Assembly: GCA_030587475.2 (NCBI GenBank)
Contig: JAUQYZ020000104.1
Location: 1 to 18,434, forward strand
Direction of reading: 5' to 3'
Source: Candidatus Sigynarchaeum calidifontis
GTDB taxonomy: Archaea > Asgardarchaeota > Lokiarchaeia > Sigyniarchaeales > Sigyniarchaeaceae
DNA length: 18,434 nucleotides
Below, one piece after another: positions 8,473-16,584 of this stretch (the stretch's first letter is position 1; each line of letters starts with the position of its first letter). The position numbers and the translations under genes were made by a program. Under the pieces are notes generated by a model. It searched no databases. It was not told the origin of the DNA and saw nothing but the letters and a program-made list of their open reading frames with translations.

Positions 8473-9444
8473 CTACCGGTCGAAAAACCGGTGGTAAAAG
8501 GCAATGATCTCCTCCAGGGGCATCGGGGGACCCGATTCCAGGTGCACGTGGCGGCCGTCGGCCTTCCCGAGCGCCAAGCACGTGTCGACCCAGGACAAGA
8601 CCAGCTCGGAATTGGCTGCGAACCGCTCGGGGTTCACCTCGGCAAGGCGATATTTTTTCACGTCCATGAAAGGGACGAGGTGCTGGTCCCGCGTCCCGTC
8701 GTTGGCGTGGATGTGGTACACCTTGACGTGCCGCGCGAAATCGGGGAGGTATCGGGAGACTTGATCATTCCCCGCCCCGTCGCGCTGCAAGGAGAGCAAG
8801 AGATGGCCAGTATCGAGACAAAACATCTGCCGAACAGCGAGATCCTTCCGGCCCATCCCTGCATAGCGGTCGACGAGCCGCTGGCGCCACGCCACGAGCC
8901 GCCCGAGATCGCGGTAATAGGCCGGCGTGTCTTGCGCGTTCTCCCAGCACATTGCCGCGCCGCACGAGCTCATGGCGTCGATGATTGGCTTGCTGGTCAT
9001 GAGATCGAGGAAATCCTTGTCGATGTCCCCGGTCCGGATCAGCGGGGCATGAAGCACGACCGATTCCACGCCCAGTTCCTTGCACAATGCCATGGTCCGC
9101 TGGAAGGTATCGACAAAGCCCGGGGCGAGGGGCAGGTTCTCGTGGGAGAAGTTGATGTGAAAGCCGAGCACGAACGGGTACGCGCGCCTTGGGCGCCATG
9201 CCCGCTCCGCGTCGAGCCACGGCTGCTTGATGAGGTCTTGGCGGAACAGGTGCTCGATGTCGCAGAAGTGGATGACCCCGCCCACGCGGTGCCGCGTGCC
9301 AAATTCTGCTATTAATTTGTCAAGAGTTGCGGCCATCGCGGGGAAGATGGCCTCTGGATCGTCCCCTCCCGCTTCGATGTCCGCGAGCGACTGCCGGTCG
9401 CCCAGGAAAAGCCTCGGGTATATCGAAAAACCGATGTAGTCCAT
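8473..9444 (-). CDS. Xylose isomerase-like TIM-barrel metalloenzyme (sugar phosphate isomerase/AP endonuclease 2 family)
   Basis: Metal-ligand pattern VVLHA, WEN, LDTGH, HIHAND..DQH and LE. Confidence 0.85.
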   Translation of the reverse strand: MDYIGFSIYPRLFLGDRQSLADIEAGGDDPEAIFPAMAATLDKLIAEFGTRHRVGGVIHFCDIEHLFRQDLIKQPWLDAERAWRPRRAYPFVLGFHINFSHENLPLAPGFVDTFQRTMALCKELGVESVVLHAPLIRTGDIDKDFLDLMTSKPIIDAMSSCGAAMCWENAQDTPAYYRDLGRLVAWRQRLVDRYAGMGRKDLAVRQMFCLDTGHLLLSLQRDGAGNDQVSRYLPDFARHVKVYHIHANDGTRDQHLVPFMDVKKYRLAEVNPERFAANSELVLSWVDTCLALGKADGRHVHLESGPPMPLEEIIAFYHRFFDR

Positions 9445-9569
9445 AGGAACCGCCGGTCCTTGATCGCCGGGAGGGCTTTTAACGATGCGATCGAGGGATG
9501 ATGAATTTCACTTAAACTTGCTCGATACTAGCCGGAACACCTGGAACGGGAATGAAACTTGAAAATGAT

Positions 9570-9577
9570 AAAAAAAA
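9570..9577 (-). terminator. Oligo-T archaeal terminator after EF-1alpha
   Basis: T8 run on the minus strand 13 nt past the TGA, followed by more T-rich sequence. Confidence 0.55.
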
Positions 9578-9590
9578 GTGGGTTAAATGT

Positions 9591-10877
9591 TCACCCTTCC
9601 TTCGGGGCTTCGATGATGTCCTTGACGATGCCCACGGCGACCGTGCGGCCCATGTCCCGGATGGCGAGGCGACCCAGCGGGGCAAACTCGTTAAATTTTT
9701 CCACGCACACCTTGGCAACGGGTTGCAACGAGATGATACCGTTGTCGCCCACCTTCATAAAATCGGCGTTCGTGCCGTCGGCCTTCGTGAGCTTCGCGAA
9801 GCGCATGGCGACCTGTGCCGTGTGGAGGTGGACGACGGGCGTGTAGTTCACGGACACCGCGGTCGGGTGCCAGATGACGATGCTCTGGACGTTGAGCCAG
9901 TTTTCGGGCCCGGCGACGCGCGGGGGGTTGTTTACCGGCCCGACCACGTCACCGCGGTTGATCTGCTTCCGCTCGATACCGCGGATGTTGAAGCCGATGT
10001 TGTCGCCCGAGTGAGCCTCCTTCATGGCCTCGTGATGCATCTCGATGCTCTTCACATCTGCGGTGAGGCCAGTGGGGTTGATGATGATCTTGTCGTTGAC
10101 CCTGAGGACACCGGTCTCGATACGGCCAACGGGCACGGTGCCCGCACCCTTGATCGAGTAGCAGTCCTGGATGGGCAAGCGCAATGGCTTGGAATCTTCC
10201 TTGGGAGGAACCTGGAACTTGTCGATGGCACCCAGGAGGGTCGGTCCCTTGTACCAGGGCATGTTCTTGCTGGGCTCCTTGAGGTTGTCGCCCTGGAGGC
10301 CAGAAACAGGCACGAAATCAATGGTCTCGGTCTTGTATCCGACCTTCTTGAGGAGGTTGGAAAGCTCCTTCTTGATCTCTTCGTAGCGATCCTGCTTCCA
10401 TTCCACCACGTCCATCTTGTTGACCGCGACGACGATCTGGTTGACACCCAGCGTCTTGGCAAGGAACGCGTGCTCGCGGGTCTGGCCGTTAGCACCGATG
10501 CCGCCCTCGAACTCGCCGGGGCGGGCCGACACGACGAGGATACCGCAGTCGGCCTGGCTGGCGCCCGTGATCATGTTTTTGACGAAGTCCGCGTGGCCAG
10601 GCGCGTCGATGATCGTCCAGTAGTACTTGGGAGTCTCGAATTTCTTGAACGCGAGGTCGATGGTGATGCCGCGTTTCCGCTCTTCCATCAACTGATCCAT
10701 GAAGAACGCGAACTTGAAGGATGCCTTGTTCAAGTCCGACGCGACCTTTTCCATGTCCCGTAATTCCTTCTCGGTCACACCACCACCGACGACGAGGATA
10801 TGACCCATCGTCGTGCTCTTGCCGTGGTCAATGTGGCCGATAACCACGATATTCATATGCGGCTTTTCCGTTGGAAT
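9591..10877 (-). CDS. tuf: Translation elongation factor EF-1alpha (aEF1A)
   Basis: KPHMNIVVIGHIDHGKST, RGITID, DAPGH, NKMD, GTVPVGRIETG and RDMGRTVAVG. Start placed at ATT 10877 by SD spacing. Alternatives are GTG 10886 or ATG 10856. Confidence 0.98.
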   Translation of the reverse strand: MPTEKPHMNIVVIGHIDHGKSTTMGHILVVGGGVTEKELRDMEKVASDLNKASFKFAFFMDQLMEERKRGITIDLAFKKFETPKYYWTIIDAPGHADFVKNMITGASQADCGILVVSARPGEFEGGIGANGQTREHAFLAKTLGVNQIVVAVNKMDVVEWKQDRYEEIKKELSNLLKKVGYKTETIDFVPVSGLQGDNLKEPSKNMPWYKGPTLLGAIDKFQVPPKEDSKPLRLPIQDCYSIKGAGTVPVGRIETGVLRVNDKIIINPTGLTADVKSIEMHHEAMKEAHSGDNIGFNIRGIERKQINRGDVVGPVNNPPRVAGPENWLNVQSIVIWHPTAVSVNYTPVVHLHTAQVAMRFAKLTKADGTNADFMKVGDNGIISLQPVAKVCVEKFNEFAPLGRLAIRDMGRTVAVGIVKDIIEAPKEG

Positions 10878-10963
10878 TTTTAACACCTTTTCTTCATTTT
10901 TGTAAAAGATCACCCCATTAGCCTCGAAAATATAGAAGATCAAAGCTCACGGGGCTCTTGGAT

Positions 10964-10987
10964 CGGTGTGGAGCGAACTCCCCACCG
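10964..10987 (-). promoter_or_regulatory. UUCG-tetraloop hairpin at the predicted 5' end of the EF-1alpha mRNA leader
   Basis: Minus strand CGGTG-G-GGAG-TTCG-CTCC-A-CACCG gives 9 WC pairs plus one G-A mismatch. Confidence 0.6.
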
Positions 10988-11010
10988 GTAATCCATTGAG
11001 TTGCCGTCCG

Positions 11011-11024
11011 CATATAAGTTTAAG
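11011..11024 (-). promoter_or_regulatory. Putative BRE/TATA promoter for tuf
   Basis: Minus strand CTTAAAC-TTATATG. The expected TSS (~10989) is right at the base of the UUCG hairpin. Confidence 0.55.
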
Positions 11025-11040
11025 GGCGGGTGGATATACA

Positions 11041-11050
11041 TTTTATATAC
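11041..11050 (+). promoter_or_regulatory. Putative TATA box for the RHH gene
   Basis: TTTTATATAC about 40 nt upstream of ATG 11089. Confidence 0.5.
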
Positions 11051-11088
11051 GCCTTGCGTGTTTGATAGCATCCACGAGCTGTAATATA

Positions 11089-11529
11089 ATGAGTCCATCT
11101 ACACGTGCAAAGAACAAGACAAACGTTTCTTTCTGGATCAACAAGGATCTGCTCGCAAGCTGGGACGCCCATTGCGAGAAAAAGAACATCTCCCGCACCC
11201 AGCTCATCATCGACGCGGTCAACGACAAGATTGCCCATGACGAGAACTTGCGCGATCTCTCCATGAAGATCGATCGCCTCGCAGAGATCGTGTCCGAATT
11301 TAACCCTGACGCGGAGTCTCTCATCGCCGAATCTCAAAGATTGAACACCAGGGGCCGCGTGCTCGAACAGATACTGGTCACGCGCGAGATGGGTATCAGG
11401 AGAGAAAACATCAAGGGTTTCTCATCGTACGCGCTTCAAGTGGCCTTGGAATCCTTGGAAAGGGACGGCATCATCCGCGGGGACAAGGTCGGCAGGTATT
11501 GGCTCACGGACTTTTATTCCAAGCCTTGA
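11089..11529 (+). CDS. Ribbon-helix-helix (CopG-like) DNA-binding protein with coiled linker and C-terminal wHTH-like domain
   Basis: KTNVSFWINKDLLASWDAHCEKKNISRTQLIIDAV fits the RHH pattern. The C-terminal ALESLERDGIIR..GRYWL looks like a winged helix. ATG 11089 is preferred over the track's GTG 10966, which lies in the tuf leader. Confidence 0.8.
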   Translation: MSPSTRAKNKTNVSFWINKDLLASWDAHCEKKNISRTQLIIDAVNDKIAHDENLRDLSMKIDRLAEIVSEFNPDAESLIAESQRLNTRGRVLEQILVTREMGIRRENIKGFSSYALQVALESLERDGIIRGDKVGRYWLTDFYSKP

Positions 11530-11583
11530 ATCCTTGATTATCGATAAGGCACGAGTAAAAACGAAGGATGGAAGTCGACGTGC

Positions 11584-12513
11584 TCAAAATGCATCGAAGA
11601 TCAAGCCGAGCAAGGCCATCCGTAGCAGCATGCCATAACGCGGCTGCTTGAAATACACGGCCTGGGGCATCGTATCAACAGACGGGTCGATCTCGTTGAT
11701 GCGCGGCAGCGGGTGCATGACAAGCAGCTCTTTTTTCGCGTTCTTGAGCATCGCGCGGGTGAGGATGTAAAAGTTTTTCACCTTGAGGAACTCTTCCTCG
11801 CTGCGGAATCGCTCCCGCTGGATACGGGTCATGTAAAGGACATCGATCGAGGGAATGACCGGGTCGAGCGATTCCATCTCCTCGAATTGCACGCCCTTGG
11901 ATTCGAGCAGCAGCTTGTCCTCGCGCCGGACCTTGAGCTGCTGCGGGGAGATGAGCTTCAGATTGACATCGTAATTCACGAGCAAAGGCAACAACGAGTG
12001 AACCGTGCGGCCGTAAGTGAGGTCGCCGCAGATACCGACCGTCAACCCGTCGAGCGTGTGGCGCTCCTTCCTGATCGTCATGAGATCGAGGAATGACTGG
12101 GTCGGGTGCTCCTGCGCGCCGCTGCCGGCGTTGATGACCGGGATGTCGAGAATCTCGGACGCGTATTTTGCGGCACCCTCCCACTCGGACCTTATCACGA
12201 TGATATCGCTGTAATTTTGCACGATCTTAAGCGTGTCGGACAGCGTCTCTCCTTTCTTGATGCTCGACTTGTCCCAGTCCGCGAAGCCGATGACCGCACC
12301 ACCCAGGTGCTTCATCGCGGCGTCGAACGAGAGCCGGGTCCTCGTGGATGGCTCCAAGAAGATCGACCCGAGTATCTTGTTTGCCAGCACGTTGCTGCCT
12401 GTTTTCACGACGCCTTCCATCTTGTCGGCGACGTCGAGCAAGTATTCGATTTCCGCCTTGGAAAAATCGAGGGTGGAGATAATATCCCGGTTGGAAAACG
12501 GGTTTGGCATCAT
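11584..12513 (-). CDS. pyrB: Aspartate carbamoyltransferase catalytic subunit
   Basis: FLEPSTRTRLSF, KGETLSDT, HPTQ, GDLTYGRTVHSL, YMTRIQRER and HPLP. AGGTGA SD. Start 12513 or 12510. Confidence 0.98.
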   Translation of the reverse strand: MMPNPFSNRDIISTLDFSKAEIEYLLDVADKMEGVVKTGSNVLANKILGSIFLEPSTRTRLSFDAAMKHLGGAVIGFADWDKSSIKKGETLSDTLKIVQNYSDIIVIRSEWEGAAKYASEILDIPVINAGSGAQEHPTQSFLDLMTIRKERHTLDGLTVGICGDLTYGRTVHSLLPLLVNYDVNLKLISPQQLKVRREDKLLLESKGVQFEEMESLDPVIPSIDVLYMTRIQRERFRSEEEFLKVKNFYILTRAMLKNAKKELLVMHPLPRINEIDPSVDTMPQAVYFKQPRYGMLLRMALLGLIFDAF

Positions 12514-12878
12514 TTTTCACCTGCTATTTGCTGTTCGAGCGAGAGGATCTTCAAGAAGAGCGCCCGGTCCACGCCCAGCTCGTCGAGGTTCTGAATGACC
12601 AGCGGGACGACCGAGAACGTGCGATCCGTTTTCGGGACCACGTTCCCGACGAGCCGCACCAGGGCGCCCGGCGCGAGGCTGCCTTGCACGATGGTCGCCG
12701 GGCTGCCGTCCTCGGCACTGCCGTCACGCACGATGTCCATGGCCAGCACCCCGGTTCCGTCGTCGATCTCCAGGCGGTCGCCTTCAAAGGATTTCACGTT
12801 CCCGTGGATCCAGACGTGTTTATCGGTGAAGACCACGTCCTTGATGGCCTTCCTCGTTGATTTCGCTGGTATCGACAC
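12510..12878 (-). CDS. Single OB-fold protein, RPA14/RPA3-like small subunit of replication protein A
   Basis: PA...I.DV, VWIHGNV, IDDGTG, GALVRLVG and VIQNL plus a C-terminal helix. This matches the layout I recall for Thermococcales RPA14. Confidence 0.75.
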   Translation of the reverse strand: MSIPAKSTRKAIKDVVFTDKHVWIHGNVKSFEGDRLEIDDGTGVLAMDIVRDGSAEDGSPATIVQGSLAPGALVRLVGNVVPKTDRTFSVVPLVIQNLDELGVDRALFLKILSLEQQIAGEK

Positions 12879-12948
12879 GGCATTTCACGCGATCGTGGTC
12901 GAGCGCGATCTAATACCTTTTTAATTTGCTTTGGAAGAATAAACATCG

Positions 12949-12964
12949 TGCAATAATAATTGCA
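12949..12964. promoter_or_regulatory. Inverted repeat TGCAAT-N4-ATTGCA in the divergent rpa14/rfcS promoter region
   Basis: Perfect 6-bp arms inside an AT-rich intergenic tract. Confidence 0.4.
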
Positions 12965-13023
12965 TTGTTAAGCATTAATTAATCCCGCGGAAGAATCCCC
13001 CTCCACCAAGAGTGCACGCTGCC

Positions 13024-13977
13024 ATGATCGACGCCCCGTTCGTGGAAAAATACCGGCCTCGCAGCTTGAAGGATGTCGTCGGCCAGGACGAGATCATCAC
13101 GAGACTGAAAGGCTTCGTTTCCGACAGGTCGATGCCGCATCTCATCTTCGCGGGCCCTGCTGGCACGGGAAAAACGACGTCGGCGATCGCGCTGGCCAGG
13201 GACATGTTCAAGGACACCTTCTCGCAGAACTACAAGGAGCTGAACGCCAGCGACGCGCGGGGGATCGGCGTCGTCAGGACCATGGTGAAAGATTTCGCTC
13301 GTACCCAGCCGGCCGGCGACGCGCCGTTCAAGATCCTCGTGCTCGACGAGGCGGATAACATGACCGCCGCCGCGCAGCACGCCATGAGGAGAACCATGGA
13401 AAATTTCACGAAATTCTGCCGTTTCATCTTGATCTGCAACTATTCCAACAAGATCATCGCCCCCATCCAGAGCCGGTGCGCCGTCTTGCGCTTCTCGCCC
13501 CTCACCAACGATGACATCGCCAAGCGCCTTCGCTACATCGCGGAGAAGGAAGGCATCAACCTCACCAAGCAAGGCAGCGAAGCGATCCTGTACGTGTCGG
13601 GCGGGGATTGCCGGAAGGCGGTGAACGTGCTGCAAGCCGTGTCCACGATCTCGAAGGATATCACGGATGAATCGGTCTATCAAGTTACTGGCCGCGTCTT
13701 TCCCGAGCAAATCCGTGCCATGATACAGATGGCGCTCGACGGGGAGCTGAACAAGAGCCAGGAGAAGCTGGAGAGCCTGCTCATGGAGTTCGGCCTGGCA
13801 GGCTCGGAGATCATCAAGCAGATCCACGCCGAGATCTTCAACATGAACGTCCCAGAGCGCGTCCGCATTGGCTTGATCAAGATCGTGGGCGAGATCGACT
13901 TCCGGCTGAACCAAGGCGCCAGCGAGATGATCCAGCTCAACGCGCTGCTTGCCAAGATCGTGCTTCTCAACGATTGA
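13024..13977 (+). CDS. rfcS: Replication factor C small subunit
   Basis: PFVEKYRP, Walker A GPAGTGKTT, ELNASDARG, Walker B LDEAD, SRC and GDCRKAVN. No intein. Confidence 0.97.
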   Translation: MIDAPFVEKYRPRSLKDVVGQDEIITRLKGFVSDRSMPHLIFAGPAGTGKTTSAIALARDMFKDTFSQNYKELNASDARGIGVVRTMVKDFARTQPAGDAPFKILVLDEADNMTAAAQHAMRRTMENFTKFCRFILICNYSNKIIAPIQSRCAVLRFSPLTNDDIAKRLRYIAEKEGINLTKQGSEAILYVSGGDCRKAVNVLQAVSTISKDITDESVYQVTGRVFPEQIRAMIQMALDGELNKSQEKLESLLMEFGLAGSEIIKQIHAEIFNMNVPERVRIGLIKIVGEIDFRLNQGASEMIQLNALLAKIVLLND

Positions 13978-13995
13978 TCGGGGGTCTCTAGCCCC

Positions 13996-14865
13996 GTGCA
14001 AAACGAAACCCAGTATCATTATTTCATCAAAGCATGGTACGATGGCCAGTCGTACGACGGCTCGCAATATCAACCAGCCCGGCGCACGGTCGACGGGGCG
14101 ATCGTCGATGCCTTGCGAGAGCTCGGGTATCTCCCGGCCGGGCCGCCGCACAACGATTATTTCAAGGTCGCGGGCCGCACCGACAAGGGGGTTTCGGCCC
14201 TGTCCGCCGTGTACTATGTCCGGGTGCTCAAGCCGCTGCATCCGTGCGAGGTGAACGGGCATCTCAAGGTGAACGGGCACGACATCATGATCTGGAGCGT
14301 GGCGCGGCTTGCCGGGCAGTCAAACCCGCGACATGCTGCATGCCGGGTCTACAAGTATTTCCACGTCATGGGGCACGAACAAGTCGACGTTGAACACGTC
14401 CGCGAGGGACTCCAGGCCCTCCTGGGTCATCACGAGTTCAAGGGATTCGCGAAGGCACGGTTCGACTTCACGCTGCGGACGACGAGGACGATCGACGTGG
14501 CCACGGTGGAGCGAGAAGGCGACGTGCTGGTCTTCACCTTCCAGAGCAAAGGCTTTTTGCGGGAACAAGTTCGCCGGATGGTTGCTTTCTTGCTCGCTCA
14601 CGAAAAAGACGCGAGCATAGCGGAACGGGTTGAGGCCGTGCTCCGTACGGGCCAGCAACCGAACATCGAACCCGCCGCCCCCGCGGGTCTCGTGCTTTGG
14701 AACATCCAGTACGAGCCCGAAGTCGCTTGGGAGGACCTCGACGGCTGCCGGGAACAGTTTTTCAAGGCCTTGCGGGCCAGGTACATCGTGGAGCGGGCGC
14801 GATCGGCGATGCTCGAAGCAATCTTCACGACAATGCTCGATGCAACGAGGAATGGAAAAAAATAA
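13996..14865 (+). CDS. truA: tRNA pseudouridine(38-40) synthase
   Basis: YDGQSYDGSQYQP, AGRTDKGVSA, LLGHHEF.GF, GFLREQVRRMV and PAAPAGLVL. Confidence 0.95.
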   Translation: MQNETQYHYFIKAWYDGQSYDGSQYQPARRTVDGAIVDALRELGYLPAGPPHNDYFKVAGRTDKGVSALSAVYYVRVLKPLHPCEVNGHLKVNGHDIMIWSVARLAGQSNPRHAACRVYKYFHVMGHEQVDVEHVREGLQALLGHHEFKGFAKARFDFTLRTTRTIDVATVEREGDVLVFTFQSKGFLREQVRRMVAFLLAHEKDASIAERVEAVLRTGQQPNIEPAAPAGLVLWNIQYEPEVAWEDLDGCREQFFKALRARYIVERARSAMLEAIFTTMLDATRNGKK

Positions 14866-14877
14866 CCGTTCACGCTT

Positions 14878-16485
14878 TTAATTGATTGGCTTGCCCAGGT
14901 CAAAAAAGTTTCGTTCCTTTCGAACGAGGGATTGCAAGATCTGGACGCATCCAGAGGCAGGAACCCGTATCTGCTTCATGGAATCGCGATCTCGTATCGT
15001 GACAGTCCCGTCCTCGATGGTCTGGTAGTCGATCGTGAAACAGAAGGGCGTACCGATCTCGTCAGCCCTGGCGTAACGACGCCCGATCTGGCCAGCATGG
15101 TCGTAGAACACGGGGATGCCTGCTTTCTTGATCGCGCTGAAGAGCTCCAAGGCTTTTCCGGTGAGATCCGGCTTCTTCATGAGCGGGTAGACCATGGCGC
15201 TGAACGGGGCGATGTGGGGCTGGAGCTGGAACCAGTCCCATTCCCTGTCCGATTCGCTCTTCTTTATCCCTCCTTTCTCGATCCCTGGACGGTACGCGTG
15301 CTCCAGCACGCAATAAAGCGCACGCTCGACGCCGAACGACGGCTCTACCACGTGGGGCACGACCTTCTTGACTTCCTTTTGCCCGGGCTTTTGCACGTCC
15401 ACCTCGAGCTTGTTGCCGCTGTTCTTGCCGTGCGTCGTGAGGTCGTGGTTCGTGCGATAGGCGATGCCAACCGCCTCCTTCCAGCCCATGTCGAGCTTGA
15501 TTTCGAGGTCAAAATTACCCTTGGAATAGAACGGGGTTTCTTTTTCTAGCAAGTGGCGGAACCGGAGCGCCTCATACGGTATACCAATCGATTGGTAGAA
15601 CTGGAACACTTTACCGACGAAATATGCCTGGATATTGTTGGGAAATATGCCTTTTTCCATCGCGTCGCCGATCGTGATCTCGATCGTGTCATCGGCGGTC
15701 TTCTCGTCGCGCTGGACATCGCGCGTGATTAGCCGTATCTTGATGTCCTTGGCAGACTCGTAATCCGGGTGGACAGGCTCCTCGGGGTCGAAGAAGAACT
15801 CAATCTCCATCTGCGTGAAGCCGCGCATGCGGATAAGTCCTTGACGGGGGGATATCTCGTTGCGATAGCTCGGCCCGATCTGGCATATACCAAATGGGAG
15901 CTGGGCGCGCATGGTCTGGCAGACCCGCTTGAAGTCACAGAAAATAGACTGGGCGGTTTCAGGCCGCAAGTAAGCACGTTTCGCGTTGCCAGATGGCCCA
16001 ACGTCCGTCTTGAGCATGAGGTTGAACTCCTCGACGGGCGCGAGGCCACCACCGCACTCGGGGCAAGCGATGGCGTTCTTCTTGATCGCTTCCTGGATTT
16101 GAGGAACGGTCATGCCCTCCGTCTTCACCCCCGCCTGGTTTTCGAGCACGTGATCGGCGCGGAACTCGGCCTTGCACTTGATGCACGACACGAGCGGGTC
16201 TGAAAATGACGAAACGTGGCCGCTCGCTATCAACACCTCTTCTGGAAGAACGACCGAACCCTCGATCTCGTAGATCAAGGGATCGACCGATGACCACACG
16301 AAGAATTCCCGCCAGGCTTTTTCGATGTTCCGCTTGAGCTGCATACCGTTCGGGAGGAAATCGAAGAAGCCCGCGAGGCCGTTGTTGTAGATTTCAGCGG
16401 TTTGAGCGATGAAACCACGGCGGGTGAGCAAGTCCATCACGATGTCAAGCAGCGGCCTGTCTTTCTTCTTGCCTTTTTCGGACAT
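14878..16485 (-). CDS. glyS: Glycine--tRNA ligase (archaeal/eukaryotic homodimeric type)
   Basis: ASGHV..FSDP, RADH, LRPETAQ, SYRNEISPRQGLIRMR.FTQMEIE, PHVVEPSFGVER and IGRRYARADEIGTP. ATG 16485 is preceded by AAGTG at a 6-nt spacer. Confidence 0.97.
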   Translation of the reverse strand: MSEKGKKKDRPLLDIVMDLLTRRGFIAQTAEIYNNGLAGFFDFLPNGMQLKRNIEKAWREFFVWSSVDPLIYEIEGSVVLPEEVLIASGHVSSFSDPLVSCIKCKAEFRADHVLENQAGVKTEGMTVPQIQEAIKKNAIACPECGGGLAPVEEFNLMLKTDVGPSGNAKRAYLRPETAQSIFCDFKRVCQTMRAQLPFGICQIGPSYRNEISPRQGLIRMRGFTQMEIEFFFDPEEPVHPDYESAKDIKIRLITRDVQRDEKTADDTIEITIGDAMEKGIFPNNIQAYFVGKVFQFYQSIGIPYEALRFRHLLEKETPFYSKGNFDLEIKLDMGWKEAVGIAYRTNHDLTTHGKNSGNKLEVDVQKPGQKEVKKVVPHVVEPSFGVERALYCVLEHAYRPGIEKGGIKKSESDREWDWFQLQPHIAPFSAMVYPLMKKPDLTGKALELFSAIKKAGIPVFYDHAGQIGRRYARADEIGTPFCFTIDYQTIEDGTVTIRDRDSMKQIRVPASGCVQILQSLVRKERNFFDLGKPIN

Positions 16486-16584
16486 GGGTATCACTTGCGA
16501 GAGATAATGCGCCGGCATTCTTTATATGAGCGGGGCGGGAGAGGATCACCATTGTCCAGAGATAAGAGTCGAGTGTGCACGGCT

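Noticed and set aside
9552-10763. 403-aa plus-strand ORF
   Set aside because: Antisense shadow of EF-1alpha, expected from GC3-biased codon use; no protein motifs.
10878-10943. Track's N-terminal extension of EF-1alpha (MIFYIFEANG...)
   Set aside because: Not EF-1alpha-like and upstream of the SD; interpreted as 5' leader.
10964-10987. tRNA gene (GTTCG resembles a T-loop)
   Set aside because: The loop is 4 nt, not 7, and no cloverleaf can be drawn.
11537-11546. Palindrome TTATCGATAA between convergent genes
   Set aside because: Single 10-bp palindrome in a 3'-3' gap with no supporting context.
12879-13023. Replication origin
   Set aside because: Short, no recognisable ORB/G-string repeats, and no cdc6/orc1 nearby.
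12979-14280. 433-aa minus-strand ORF
   Set aside because: Antisense shadow of rfcS/truA.
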